64,000 nt of DNA from Giardia intestinalis (taxonomy: Eukaryota). Positions within the stretch are counted from its first letter, which is position 1. Each line of letters begins with the position of its first letter. Position numbers and translations under genes: made by a program. The stretch lies in the NCBI GenBank assembly GCA_000002435.2, contig CM018792.1. One strand, 5' to 3'. Of the stretch, positions 1 through 10,370 are shown in pieces. Under the pieces are notes generated by a model. That model searched no databases and was not told where the DNA came from. It worked only from the letters and a program-made list of their open reading frames with translations.

Positions 1-253
1 GGGACCTCAATCTTCCAGTCTTCGTCATTCATCAGGGCTACCGGCTGCTTATCTGCCCCACGGCTGGAATTTGTGAATATTTATTAAACTGCATTCTCCA
101 GAGCACAATCCTGTTTGCTCGCTGATTGCGTCTCTGCACACATCCCATGGGATGGCCCGATGTGCTGTCCTAACCGAAACCGGCTGCATAAGCCGGCCAC
201 GCCACAGACCTGAGCGGCGACAAAGCAACCACTCTGTGACCCCGGCTGGAAAG

Positions 254-326
254 TGCCGAGTTTGGGACTCGAACCCAAGACCGATAGATCTTCAGTCTAC
301 CGCTCTACCATCTGAGCTAACTCGGC
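254..326 (-). tRNA. tRNA-Phe (anticodon GAA)
   Basis: Reverse complement is GCCGAGTTAGCTCAGATGGTAGAGCGGTAGACTGAAGATCTATCGGTCTTGGGTTCGAGTCCCAAACTCGGCA. It folds as a canonical cloverleaf: 7-bp acceptor stem, GCTC/GAGC D-stem, anticodon loop CTGAAGA, TTCGAGT T-loop. Very similar to eukaryotic tRNA-Phe. Confidence 0.85.
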
Positions 327-378
327 GACGGTTGCCGCAAATCGGCAGGACATGTATTTTTTTCTGTGTTGTGCCCGT

Positions 379-2058
379 TTACTGGCGCGATCGGGGCGTG
401 TAGCCTGCAATCTCGACGATCCGCGGCCGGACGTTGTACCGCCACGGCGCGGCGACGTCATTGAAGACCTTCTGGCGCGCAACCAGCGCGTCGTTCCGTC
501 GGATCGAAAGGCCGAGCTCTCGGGCGCAGCTCAGAAACTCGTCCCACCAGCCGAGCTCGGTCAGGAGATAACGCATGATGATATCACAGTCTCCCAGAAG
601 CTCCAAGTCCCAGTTGTGCGGCCGTCCAACCGACTCCAGGTTAATGAGCACCTGCGGCACCGTGCGCGGAAGCTTCCCCAAAATCCCGCTAACTGGCTTC
701 ACGCGGAGCGAGGATCCTATTGCAATAAACATATCTGCTACAGAACAATCGTCGTCGATGAACTCCTCCAGATCTGATGACAACTTCTCACCAAAGAATA
801 TGATTTGAGGCTTAAGAATTCCCCGAATCTGAAGGCCACTCGACCTTCCGTCCGCATGCTGGCCCGAGCTACTGCAGAGGTCATCTAGCTTTATCTTGAG
901 ATAGCAGGGGTCATCGCCCTCGGTTACCTTGTCAAACGGGAAATTTGTGCGCACTGTACTACTAGAGGTGTTGTTCAGCAGCTCTTCCAGGCGTGGAGTA
1001 ATAGAGCTTCCAAGGGCGCTTCTTACAGCAGCCTTAAACTGATCCCCGTCGCCATCCAGCAAAGAGCCAGCTGCATGGACGTCTGCAAGCTCCCTTTCGC
1101 AAAGGAAGCTCCGTCGAAACGATTGGAAGCACTCTCGACATAACGGAAGGCACGCCTCTTCAACCACTGTTCGACGCAAAAGCTCCATGGGGAACTTGGC
1201 CCCGCAATCAATGCACGTAAACGTATGAAACGATCCATGGCAGTTGATGATGTATTTCTGTGTGATCTGCGCCTGGACCTCAAGGCAATCGATATTCTGC
1301 GTATAAATCCTTTGTAGCTGACCACGCTTTTCTAACAATCGCATAAATAGATGCACAACAGTAGGCTTGAACTGAGGTCCTGGGAAAATCTCGGGGCAAA
1401 AGCGATAAAATGGTATTGGATTGCCCCTGAAAAAGTCAAGATTAAACATGTCTGTGGGCTTCTGTAGATTGTACTGCTGCAACCTATTGTAGATTCCATT
1501 TTTGCTGCGGAAATCGGGGATCCCTGCCGAGACAGAAATCCCTGCTCCCACCAGGAAGATGACCTTCCTTGCGCGTCTGAGCTGGTAAATGAATGCCTCA
1601 GGAGATGTACATGACGTAATTCGCTTGCGCGGTAGCTTTACCTCCAACAACTCCAAGACAACCTGCTCCAAGAACTCCAAGAGCACATCGTTTCCAAAGG
1701 AATGCTTCGGAAGCTTCAAGCCCAGGTCAGCGAGAATCTGTGTTGGAGGAACACCAAGTTCTAGTAAAGAAAGGATCCAGAGACGAAACCCGCCCGGAGA
1801 GATGTGCCCGGATAGATCGTCTAGAACAGAATCGTCGTCCTCGTCACCCAGATGCTCCGTTGCAGAGGGTGCAGTATCCACTCTGACGAGATTCTTGGAT
1901 CCAGGATCATGGATGGCCGGAATCCGCATGTCGATGTGGACAGGATAGTCGCAAAGAGAGGTAACAGATACCTCCCGAGATGCGAAGTCCGTTGCAGGAA
2001 TGAGTTCTTCGTTCTCTAGGCCAGAGTGTAGAAGGATGGCTTCGAGAGCCGATTTCAT
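379..2058 (-). CDS. Sir2-family NAD-dependent protein deacetylase (sirtuin), copy A
   Basis: 559-aa ORF. Start is a verified ATG at 2056-2058 preceded by an AT-rich initiator. Sirtuin core motifs are present: GAGISVSAGIPDFRS, TQNID, CHGSF, and Zn-ribbon CxxC..CxxC. Confidence 0.8.
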   Translation of the reverse strand: MKSALEAILLHSGLENEELIPATDFASREVSVTSLCDYPVHIDMRIPAIHDPGSKNLVRVDTAPSATEHLGDEDDDSVLDDLSGHISPGGFRLWILSLLELGVPPTQILADLGLKLPKHSFGNDVLLEFLEQVVLELLEVKLPRKRITSCTSPEAFIYQLRRARKVIFLVGAGISVSAGIPDFRSKNGIYNRLQQYNLQKPTDMFNLDFFRGNPIPFYRFCPEIFPGPQFKPTVVHLFMRLLEKRGQLQRIYTQNIDCLEVQAQITQKYIINCHGSFHTFTCIDCGAKFPMELLRRTVVEEACLPLCRECFQSFRRSFLCERELADVHAAGSLLDGDGDQFKAAVRSALGSSITPRLEELLNNTSSSTVRTNFPFDKVTEGDDPCYLKIKLDDLCSSSGQHADGRSSGLQIRGILKPQIIFFGEKLSSDLEEFIDDDCSVADMFIAIGSSLRVKPVSGILGKLPRTVPQVLINLESVGRPHNWDLELLGDCDIIMRYLLTELGWWDEFLSCARELGLSIRRNDALVARQKVFNDVAAPWRYNVRPRIVEIAGYTPRSRQ

Positions 2059-2097
2059 TTTTCTAAACCCTGAGGCATTTAGGAAGTAACGACTGTA

Positions 2098-4140
2098 TCA
2101 TTTACCTGAAGGCTCATCAGTAAGGCAAGTGCTTTTGATAAGATCTCCGGCAACACGCTTAATGAGACCCGTGAAGGAAGAGGAAATGAGCTCTTGAGCA
2201 GCAGCCCTTTTAGATGCTAAAGGCGAGTGATAATGCACAGAGACAATAGCCGCAGATGAACAAGGCTGAATGGAGAGTTCTGAGATCACGTAAGGCTTCG
2301 CCATTGTCTTCAAATCGTCTGTAAGGCTTTCACGACGCCGCTGTAGCTTCTCGACCAGATCGTTGAGCTGATCATCATATTTCGGTGTGATTCGAAAGTG
2401 AAGTGCATCCAGCTCCTGAGGCAGGGTGGTGGACTTTAGCAGCACACCGGCAACAGCGTTGTCGCCAGACCCAGCCAAGTAGCGGGACAACGGAGATGAC
2501 GTGAACAGACTTACGTCATAATTAGGGTCCTGCAAAAGCTCGCAGTCCAAGGTCTGAGTATCACAAAGGGGAACAAGAGAATAGTCAGTAAAGTGACTAA
2601 TGGGAAGCGAGCTGCTGGTGTGTGCTCTATATGTTGCGCCAGGGTCTCCGGCTTCTTCAACAGAGATATCTGGGGCAAGGAGAGACTTTGGCCAGCGGGT
2701 AATTGTGTCCCATACATCACTATTAAATGTTCCCGTGCTGTCGCCACCACTTGAGCTTATTATTCCAACAAAGCTGTGACAGTACGACGCCCAATGACAA
2801 TTCAGAGGTGCATAGACACATTTCCCTATTGTGTTATGGTAGCTAGCATGACGAATTGCTAGTTCCTTGGTAGATGTTGAGAAACCAATTGCATCAAGGA
2901 TCGTCTTGAATTTAGTGAAAACACTGGATGGAAGTCGTGTTATATCTACAACTACATTCTCTGAGGCAATGACGTTTGCATTCTGCATCAATGCAAGCTG
3001 AGACTTGGTAGAAAACCCTAACATTCCAACAATGGCTTCACCAGTTGAAGTCTGTCCCGTGATAGCGATGGATGTTGGAACACGAAGACTCTTAGAATAA
3101 AAGAATGGGACAAGCGCTTCGGTGACTCCGTCCACGGTTGCCTCCTTAGCTTCTTTGGACTCCTTCTCAAGCAAAGACTCAAACTTGTTATCACAATCTT
3201 TCTTAAGGTTGACAAGTTCGTCTTTGCAACCCATTAGTTCAGCAAGCGATGAAATAGTTGTTTCAATGTCTCCGGGAAGGAACATGTCCATTCCGTCCCG
3301 ACCTACAAGATCGAGGGCCTCCTGCATCAATTGTTCATTGGCAAACACGTCAGCTGCTGTCTTCTCAGGGTGGGCATTGGCATAGAAGCGGAGAGCCTGA
3401 TTAACGTATCCAGCTGGATCGCGATTAATAAGCACTCTAAGTGCCTCATTTGGAACCATTTCTGCCAGGAAATTGAATGGAGCAACGGTAAGGCTTGTTC
3501 CGAGGATAAGCAACATGCTTGTCTTTTCTGCATCTCCAATTATCTCGGGGGCAAGCTGAAACTCCGAAGGTAATTGCTCTCCAAAGAACACTATCCTGGG
3601 CTTTAAAACCCGACCGCAACGTGGGCAATGTGAGACAGATTGGTCCATGGCTGCAGCACGGAAAACGTTCTGGTCTTCCACTTGGTAGGTACACACACCA
3701 GAGACATTCCCTAGACAGTACAAGCCTTTACAATAGCTTCCATGACACTGCAAAATACGCCGGGGAGACACTCCTGCAAATATTTCAAGCTCGTCGATAT
3801 TCTGTGTGTAGATAAATCGCACAAGACCCCTATCTTCTAAGATCTTAAAGAAGTGGTGTGCCATGGTGGGCTTATACTTGTAAGACGGGAAGATAGATAC
3901 TGACAGCGAGGAGAACGGTCGGGGACGCAAGCAGTAGTACGAGAGATCAAACATGGAGGTGGGCGTTGGCAAGTTATAGCGTTCGAGTTGAGAGTAGAGA
4001 CCTGTTCCTTTGGAACGAAAATCCGGTATTCCCGCTGCGACAGAAATTCCTGCACCAGCAAGGATGACAATGGATTCTTTCTTGGCTCTGGAAATACTCT
4101 CTACGAGGCGCTTGAGAGTCTGCCCATAATTAGCAGGCAT
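2098..4140 (-). CDS. Sir2-family NAD-dependent protein deacetylase (sirtuin), copy B, with long C-terminal extension
   Basis: 680-aa ORF with verified ATG at 4138-4140. Motifs: GAGISVAAGIPDFRSKG, YTQNIDELE, CHGSY, CPRCG. Paralogous to the adjacent copy A and separated from it by only 39 bp. Confidence 0.8.
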   Translation of the reverse strand: MPANYGQTLKRLVESISRAKKESIVILAGAGISVAAGIPDFRSKGTGLYSQLERYNLPTPTSMFDLSYYCLRPRPFSSLSVSIFPSYKYKPTMAHHFFKILEDRGLVRFIYTQNIDELEIFAGVSPRRILQCHGSYCKGLYCLGNVSGVCTYQVEDQNVFRAAAMDQSVSHCPRCGRVLKPRIVFFGEQLPSEFQLAPEIIGDAEKTSMLLILGTSLTVAPFNFLAEMVPNEALRVLINRDPAGYVNQALRFYANAHPEKTAADVFANEQLMQEALDLVGRDGMDMFLPGDIETTISSLAELMGCKDELVNLKKDCDNKFESLLEKESKEAKEATVDGVTEALVPFFYSKSLRVPTSIAITGQTSTGEAIVGMLGFSTKSQLALMQNANVIASENVVVDITRLPSSVFTKFKTILDAIGFSTSTKELAIRHASYHNTIGKCVYAPLNCHWASYCHSFVGIISSSGGDSTGTFNSDVWDTITRWPKSLLAPDISVEEAGDPGATYRAHTSSSLPISHFTDYSLVPLCDTQTLDCELLQDPNYDVSLFTSSPLSRYLAGSGDNAVAGVLLKSTTLPQELDALHFRITPKYDDQLNDLVEKLQRRRESLTDDLKTMAKPYVISELSIQPCSSAAIVSVHYHSPLASKRAAAQELISSSFTGLIKRVAGDLIKSTCLTDEPSGK

Positions 4141-4285
4141 TTATTTTGAACCCAGATTTACTAGTGTCTAATATATTCTGATTGGTAGTGGTTAGCTTAA
4201 GGGATGATCTTAGAGTGCGTAGAGGCAGGCGGAAAAGCAACGAAACTGATCTCTAACGCCTAGTTAGAAAGATGACACAGGGTAC

Positions 4286-7200
4286 TCAACGTCTGCGTCT
4301 ATAGTCTCGATGGTCGCTCTCGCTCTCCTCTTCAAAGTCAATGACCTCGGATGAAAATTCATCGTCTCCTTGCAGGTTGTCTGGCTCTGATGTCGCGCAT
4401 GAGCCCGTGATCTCATCGTCTTCGTCGTCCTCATCATAGCTATTCTCTTGAAAAGCATCACTGTCATCATCCTGCTCTTCAGAGGAGGACTCTGAGTCTG
4501 ACTTGAAGAAGGCGTTCCAGCTACCGCCCTCGAGGAACTCAACATAGTCCTCGCGCTTGTTATAGTACTTAGCAGTGAAGTCCTTCCACTTAGTCGTCTC
4601 AGGAGTAATATAGTACTTAATACCCATTGCATTGACCCAGTCTTGTAGCTCGTGAACATACTTACTTTGAATGGAGCTGATAGTGACAGGGTCCATGCGT
4701 ATGTCTCTGTAATGAAAAGTCATGTGGAATGTCGAATCGCGATACAAGTTCAGATTCTCGAAAACCACCATGTCTAAGTCTTCCACAGCAACGATGAACT
4801 GGGTCTTTGGTTCCATGCACCCCAGTCTCCTGTTCTTATATATATGGAATGTCTGGTTGCCTTGGTAAGAAGCAAAGAATGATGGGTAGTTTCTATCTCG
4901 CGTACAGACCTTAAACAAATGACCAGCATAGATAGGATTCTTTTCCTCATAGGCGTGAAGTGCGTCGTTCATGCACGATAGAAATTGGTCGTAAATTTTG
5001 TTTGCCTTTCGCATGTTTTGTGCAGCTGCACGCTCGTGCTCGACCTCTTCTCGGTCGGTCTTTGGCTTAACGCCACTACTCAGCCTCACGCCGGTCTCAA
5101 AGTTGCATAAGAAGGTAATCCCGTTCTGTGGCTTTGTAAGGACAGTCTCGTCATACTCACCCTTGGGAAGATCTCCCAGGATGAGCTGCTTTATGGATGT
5201 TGGGGTTCGAAACATGAAGTAGAGGATAGCGATGTGGGAGGAATCCCGCAGCTTTTCAAAGACACACGTCTTAATGTTTTTATAGAGCAAGCAGATCTTT
5301 ATCTGCCTTGAGGGGTTTCCATAAAGGTACAGCAGACCATTCTCATGGACGTGTAGCCCTCCTCCCTCTTTAGAACGTTGCCGCTCGATGTTAGGCCGTA
5401 CCTGTAGAGGCTGGTTAAGGTTTGAGCTAGAGAGATGGAAATAGTACGGATTGCTGGACTGGAACAGGGAGATGGTTTCTGGCTTCAGTATTGCGCTCTT
5501 CACAGCCTCGCCCATCAGATTGTCTATATCCATGTCAATTTGGATTGGCTCATTTCTATGTAACTCATTTTGCTGCTTCTGTCTGAATGCCGTCAAGTGA
5601 TTGGTCAACTCTTCCACTATTTTTTCTGCTTTGCTTGCGGCACACTCAAAGAGAATCTCCTTCAGAAATACATTAGACGTGCCATACAGCTCTAGCTGAG
5701 GGTAGTTGTCTCGTGCCTTACCAGTCACAACACCTGGAGCAGCCAATTGCATCCTTATAAGAGTAACACCGGCCTCATTGGTCCCAGCAATCTTAATGCT
5801 ATGAATCATGTTCGGATGAATCGGAACAGGCCTGCTGTTAATCATAATAAAGAGAGAGTCAGAAGTGGTCATCTTATAGATTATTGAATCATCTCCTCCT
5901 ATCGCTGACGGATAGTCGTTGACGCTGGAGAACGCCATAGCAATCTCTCGCACCACACCTTCCTTACGGAATTTCTGTCGTCCTGCACGAAACCGTTCCT
6001 CTATACGTTGCTTAAGCTCCAACCCTAGGCGAGCCTGACTCTCGTTGAGAGCCTTTTGCCTGCTAGCACGCTCCTGACGCACATGCCGGCGCTCTTCTAT
6101 ATTGCGATCACGCATAACACTGACCTGCACATCTGATGATTCATCGCTTTCAGATGACTCTGAAGGTTGAGTGAGAGACGTAGCCAACCCACCGGCCTTG
6201 GTTTCTCCCGACTCTGTGATCATAAAGAAGCCTCGCAGACATGCAGTTGTGGAGTTACGCATGTTGTCTGGCCCTGTCAGTACGTGCTGCGTGTCATTGG
6301 AGTGAGCGAGTGCCAAAAGGATAGTATCTCCATAGACAATGTCAAATGAAATTCCCTTATCTGGAATTGTAACATGAGCAGCAGTAGTAAGGAAGAGCGG
6401 GGTAGAGCCAGTGATTATAGTCTCTGCGGTCCTTTTGCTAAGAGAGTCTTGCCCAAGACAGAGAGGAGCAAGCCCAGAAGAGCGAAGTGCCTCCAGAGCT
6501 TGTTCCTTCGTTGTAACACCAGCGCCCGTGGGAGCCCCACAAACACCCCCTAGCTCGAGCTTGTCAAAGGAAAGAGAAATGGAGAGATTGGTTCGCTTGC
6601 ATGTAAGTGTGCTTGAGGTGTTGGCTCGCGCACTAAGGAGTTGCTCTGCTAGGCTCGATAGCGAAGTGTTTTCTTTCACCAGATCAAACGACTCCCTGTG
6701 TACTCGCTCAACTGCCTCAAAAGCAGACCGTACAGCTCCTGCAATACTTATATGGGCGCAAGCGACTGTTCTAGCCACGGCTCCTGTCATGCCATTCCGT
6801 GTGACAGCGCAAATTACGTTTGTCAGGGCGAGCCGACCAGGCTCTGGTCCAGATGCAGAGACGATTTGCAGCTCATTGACTACACTATGCCCCAACACAG
6901 ATGCGTGGAGTGCTCTACGTAAGACGGTCGACAGGCTGTCATCTAGAGTGTCTTTAGTGGCTGTGCTAACTAGAGACACGGAGGCTGTGAGCCGGGACGT
7001 CTTGTTAAGAGCAAGAAGCTGTTGCTCTGTAAGTTGGATATATCGAGCACCAGAGCCAGCAGATAGCTCTTTGGAAATGTCTGCAGAGCCCCCACAGGCC
7101 AAATTGATGGCGGCGTCTAGCATCGTTCGCCGCTGGGACTCCAAGCAACGACCACCCCCGAAAGTTTTCTCTAATGCGTTGTAAACTTTTCCATAGCATG

Positions 7201-7783
7201 ATAAGGCCTCTTGGCTGGCAGCGCGAAGTAGGCTGTGGTAACCACTTGGAATAAAGGAAAGAATATCTAGAGCAAGTTCAGTTACATCGATATTCATAGA
7301 AAAGTTTGGCATGCTTGCAATCTGCGCTCTGAGTTCTTCCATTAACTTGTTTCCGCTCTTCTCAATAATAGAAATGTCAGCAGACATAACGCCAAGGGTT
7401 CGTGTCTTGGACGCTTTAAGCCGCTCCATTGCTTCAGCAAGACCTGGAGGAGGCTTGCCTTTGCCCATTAGCAATACCTCTGTCTCGATGTTTTCAGAAG
7501 ATCTTCCCGTGAACAAGGAAAGCGTCTTGTGGGCGCGCTCGTTAATGGGGAGAAATAAAACAGTCCTCTGGGCCTTCATAAAGAGGACCGGCACACCTTT
7601 CATGTCATTTCCAGTCAGTAAGCGTAGCAGGGAGGCTGTAGCAGAAGATGGAGACGCCGTCATAAAGTCGCTTGTCTGGTAAAGCCAGAAATTGTCCGCC
7701 TGAATACCTTCGTATGCGTCCCATCTCCGGAAGATGTGATGCACCGCCGCATGGTACATGGAGATACTGCTAGACTCTGTCAT
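4286..7783 (-). CDS. SPT16: FACT complex subunit SPT16
   Basis: 1165 aa with verified ATG. Segment VRPNIERQRSKEGGGLHVHENGLLYLYG aligns to the SPT16 [25 protein letters not shown] region. FLEGGSWNAFF matches FFEQGGWSFLE immediately before an acidic Asp/Glu/Ser-rich C-terminal tail. Confidence 0.7.
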   Translation of the reverse strand: MTESSSISMYHAAVHHIFRRWDAYEGIQADNFWLYQTSDFMTASPSSATASLLRLLTGNDMKGVPVLFMKAQRTVLFLPINERAHKTLSLFTGRSSENIETEVLLMGKGKPPPGLAEAMERLKASKTRTLGVMSADISIIEKSGNKLMEELRAQIASMPNFSMNIDVTELALDILSFIPSGYHSLLRAASQEALSCYGKVYNALEKTFGGGRCLESQRRTMLDAAINLACGGSADISKELSAGSGARYIQLTEQQLLALNKTSRLTASVSLVSTATKDTLDDSLSTVLRRALHASVLGHSVVNELQIVSASGPEPGRLALTNVICAVTRNGMTGAVARTVACAHISIAGAVRSAFEAVERVHRESFDLVKENTSLSSLAEQLLSARANTSSTLTCKRTNLSISLSFDKLELGGVCGAPTGAGVTTKEQALEALRSSGLAPLCLGQDSLSKRTAETIITGSTPLFLTTAAHVTIPDKGISFDIVYGDTILLALAHSNDTQHVLTGPDNMRNSTTACLRGFFMITESGETKAGGLATSLTQPSESSESDESSDVQVSVMRDRNIEERRHVRQERASRQKALNESQARLGLELKQRIEERFRAGRQKFRKEGVVREIAMAFSSVNDYPSAIGGDDSIIYKMTTSDSLFIMINSRPVPIHPNMIHSIKIAGTNEAGVTLIRMQLAAPGVVTGKARDNYPQLELYGTSNVFLKEILFECAASKAEKIVEELTNHLTAFRQKQQNELHRNEPIQIDMDIDNLMGEAVKSAILKPETISLFQSSNPYYFHLSSSNLNQPLQVRPNIERQRSKEGGGLHVHENGLLYLYGNPSRQIKICLLYKNIKTCVFEKLRDSSHIAILYFMFRTPTSIKQLILGDLPKGEYDETVLTKPQNGITFLCNFETGVRLSSGVKPKTDREEVEHERAAAQNMRKANKIYDQFLSCMNDALHAYEEKNPIYAGHLFKVCTRDRNYPSFFASYQGNQTFHIYKNRRLGCMEPKTQFIVAVEDLDMVVFENLNLYRDSTFHMTFHYRDIRMDPVTISSIQSKYVHELQDWVNAMGIKYYITPETTKWKDFTAKYYNKREDYVEFLEGGSWNAFFKSDSESSSEEQDDDSDAFQENSYDEDDEDDEITGSCATSEPDNLQGDDEFSSEVIDFEEESESDHRDYRRRR

Positions 7784-7833
7784 AGTTTTTTAAATCCATC
7801 CTGTGCCCGAGGATTTACTGGCAAACTAAACGA

Positions 7834-8790
7834 CTAGAAGAGGTTCCGCAGGATACCACTCATACCCGTAGAGAGAGTAGCCCGCATGTCGAAATCGCTT
7901 GAACATTCAAAGACCTCATAGTTTCTCTCCAGGTTCTCGCTCACCGTTAGCACAGACGCAAAGTTTTTCTTCTGAGTGTAATCGGGAGCGCTCCACACTG
8001 TTGAGAGAAGGTCGCCAAACATCAATACAAAACCCTCATAGCAGAGCTGATGAGACCGGAGAATATGGGAGAGCTGATTGTCATGGAGGAATTTGAGAAC
8101 TGGTATCAATCCAAAAGAACATCCGGCTCCTCTTGCAGACCGTTCAAAACACTGAACCTCTGCCGAGGGGTCAGACCACAGCAGGTCACTGAAGAGACAG
8201 GAAAGTCCTTCGGGGAAATCTCTAAATCTACATATGGTATGCATCTGATCTATTATTTGAAAGGATGGAGAAAGCCCTGCATGAACTGCAAATAGCTCAT
8301 TTTGGATTAAGGCAGCAATAGGCAGCGCTTCAAACGTGTCTATCATCGCTCTCCAAACATCCTTTTGGTGATTAATATCATAGTGTGAGAATTTAGCGCG
8401 AATCTCGTCTTGAAACCCATAGGATTGACAGATCTTTTCATCCTCGTGGTTCCCACGGAGTAAGTATATGGACTTGGGGTACTTTATCTTAAGCAGGAAG
8501 AGGTAGATGATGACCTCCAGTGAGTGAGTCCCTCTGTCAACGTAATCACCTAAAAATAGATAAGTAGACTTTGGGACTTCCCCAGCAATCTTGAAAATTT
8601 CAAAGAGGTCAAAGAGCTGCCCATGTATGTCTCCTATGACAACGATTGGTAAAGCAAGAGAGAGCAAATTTGCTTCTGTGAAGAATATATCTCTGACCAA
8701 GTCCGTTAGCTGTATTATCTCGATATGGGTAGGAAGCCGCTGATGCCGGTAAATATTGTGAAGAAGGACATCGACATCTATTCCTGGCAT
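7834..8790 (-). CDS. Ser/Thr protein phosphatase, PPP family (PP2A/PP4/PP6-like catalytic subunit)
   Basis: 318 aa with verified ATG. PPP signature motifs: GDIHGQ, GDYVDRG, GNHE, RGAGCSFG, and SAPDY at the C-terminal region. Confidence 0.8.
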   Translation of the reverse strand: MPGIDVDVLLHNIYRHQRLPTHIEIIQLTDLVRDIFFTEANLLSLALPIVVIGDIHGQLFDLFEIFKIAGEVPKSTYLFLGDYVDRGTHSLEVIIYLFLLKIKYPKSIYLLRGNHEDEKICQSYGFQDEIRAKFSHYDINHQKDVWRAMIDTFEALPIAALIQNELFAVHAGLSPSFQIIDQMHTICRFRDFPEGLSCLFSDLLWSDPSAEVQCFERSARGAGCSFGLIPVLKFLHDNQLSHILRSHQLCYEGFVLMFGDLLSTVWSAPDYTQKKNFASVLTVSENLERNYEVFECSSDFDMRATLSTGMSGILRNLF

Positions 8791-8872
8791 CGTTTCCGAG
8801 TATTTTTAAATTAATCCTTCCTGCAGAGATTAGGGACTTCTTGGCACTCTCGTTCTAGCTTCGCCTGTCCCG

Positions 8873-10171
8873 ATGACTCGCTTCTCTGGCTCTACTCTTA
8901 CTCCAGCCAGTATGGCTGAAACCCATCACTTTACCACCTCTGAGCTGCCAAAATCGAGCATGAGCATTTGGCAAACCATTCGAAAGGGGCCCGTCCGTAC
9001 CGCCTGGACCCTAACTAGCTATATCACCGCAGTACATGGCGATGCTATTTCGTGTATAGATCTTTTGCATGTGGGGGCAATGCGCTACGTTGCCATTGGA
9101 AGCTACGATGGTGTAGTCTCCATATGGAGTGTAGTCAGCCCAACGATGGTGCATAGGAGGCAGAAATTTACACTCCAGTCGGCTCCTATGCGCACAATTC
9201 AAGTGGCTAGGGGCGCCATTATTGTCTGCAACGGGGGGCATATGTATCATTTGGTGCTGGATGAGCAGCCCCGTCTATTGCATGAACTAAATCGTCCACT
9301 GATAGCTGCAGATCTTGCAGTACCGTCTCCCTACCTCGTAGCCATTTCGAAAAGTAACTGCATCATTCTAGTGGATATTTCTGCGGTCTTGAAGACGTGC
9401 CCTGGGGACGAGAGCGAACAGCCTGCAGAGCTGAGCAGAAGGCAACCCAAGGAGATACTGATTTCAGACATTGTAGAATCCAGCCAGCCCAGAATGTGTG
9501 CCACTGATCCGGATGGAGCCAGTGAGCAGATTCCACAGGTTACTGAACCGACAGACTTTCGACCTACCACTCCTGCCAATGCTATAAGCAACGCCCTAGA
9601 GGATTCAGAGATAGAAACCGAAGATGTGTGCACGCGGACGGCCTATATTGCTTGCGCATGCCTTCTGACACCCACTTATGTTGTGTTTGTTTGCTCCCAT
9701 GGATTCTTTTACCTCTACAACTTTCTTCGGGAGGAGCTTGTGTTTAAATTTCAACTACCTCGCAATGCAATCGCAACATACATGTCTGCTGCCTACACAG
9801 CTTCCACGACTGGGCCTTTTGTGGCAGAGAAGGTGTATATCTCTGCAGCAGATGGGTCTCTGACGGTCTGGAAGCTTGCCATCGAGAAAAAGGAGCTGCA
9901 GCCTATCGCCATGAGATCAAACTACGGTAGTGCGGTAAGCTGCATCACGCTGTCGAACCCGCAATTTGTGGTGCTGGGTCTCTCCAACGGGAAGATCAAA
10001 ATCTACGAAGTAGACAACATCAGCCACAGCATCGGTGTCTGCCGGGCCGTACCCGACGACCAGACCTACCAGACGGCTGGGATCGCCTGCGCTCTGTGGC
10101 TGGACCAAGACACCATAATCGCAGGCAGCTGGGACAGGGGGGTCTTCGTCTACACCCGCCCCTGCGAGTAG
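8873..10171 (+). CDS. Hypothetical protein, possible WD40-like beta-propeller repeats
   Basis: 432-aa ORF with ATG at 8873. WD-like segments such as GSYDGVVSIWSV and DGSLTVWKL. No confident family assignment. Confidence 0.4.
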   Translation: MTRFSGSTLTPASMAETHHFTTSELPKSSMSIWQTIRKGPVRTAWTLTSYITAVHGDAISCIDLLHVGAMRYVAIGSYDGVVSIWSVVSPTMVHRRQKFTLQSAPMRTIQVARGAIIVCNGGHMYHLVLDEQPRLLHELNRPLIAADLAVPSPYLVAISKSNCIILVDISAVLKTCPGDESEQPAELSRRQPKEILISDIVESSQPRMCATDPDGASEQIPQVTEPTDFRPTTPANAISNALEDSEIETEDVCTRTAYIACACLLTPTYVVFVCSHGFFYLYNFLREELVFKFQLPRNAIATYMSAAYTASTTGPFVAEKVYISAADGSLTVWKLAIEKKELQPIAMRSNYGSAVSCITLSNPQFVVLGLSNGKIKIYEVDNISHSIGVCRAVPDDQTYQTAGIACALWLDQDTIIAGSWDRGVFVYTRPCE

Positions 10172-10370
10172 GGAGCGCCAGCGGGTCCGGCCGGCGAAGA
10201 TTGAGAAAAGGAGCGGGGTGCAAGCACGCGCCAACGGGCTCCCGCGAAACCAGAGGTCCCCCAGCGACTCTAGACTGAAGCTGGTGCTAACTGTCTCTGT
10301 TTTTGTTAACCACGCCGCGCTTTTATTTCCAACCGCCTATTTCAATTTAAAATGGTTTACTCTGGGGACG

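Noticed and set aside
1-76. Possible 3' end of a plus-strand gene entering from the left edge (...GLPAAYLPHGWNL* followed by TGTGAATATTTATTAAAC)
   Set aside because: Only 25 codons are visible. There is no way to assess coding potential. Reported here only as a possibility.
84-482. Small ORFs (64, 83, 61 aa) around the tRNA-Phe locus, and a CCGGC-TGCATAA-GCCGG hairpin at 178-194
   Set aside because: The ORFs overlap the tRNA and have no coding features. The hairpin alone is insufficient to call an ncRNA.
6411-7184. 257-aa plus-strand ORF antisense to SPT16, and similar 60-130-aa ORFs antisense to other large genes
   Set aside because: They lie entirely inside well-supported genes on the opposite strand, lack ATG/AT-rich initiators and have no homology. 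They are chance open frames.
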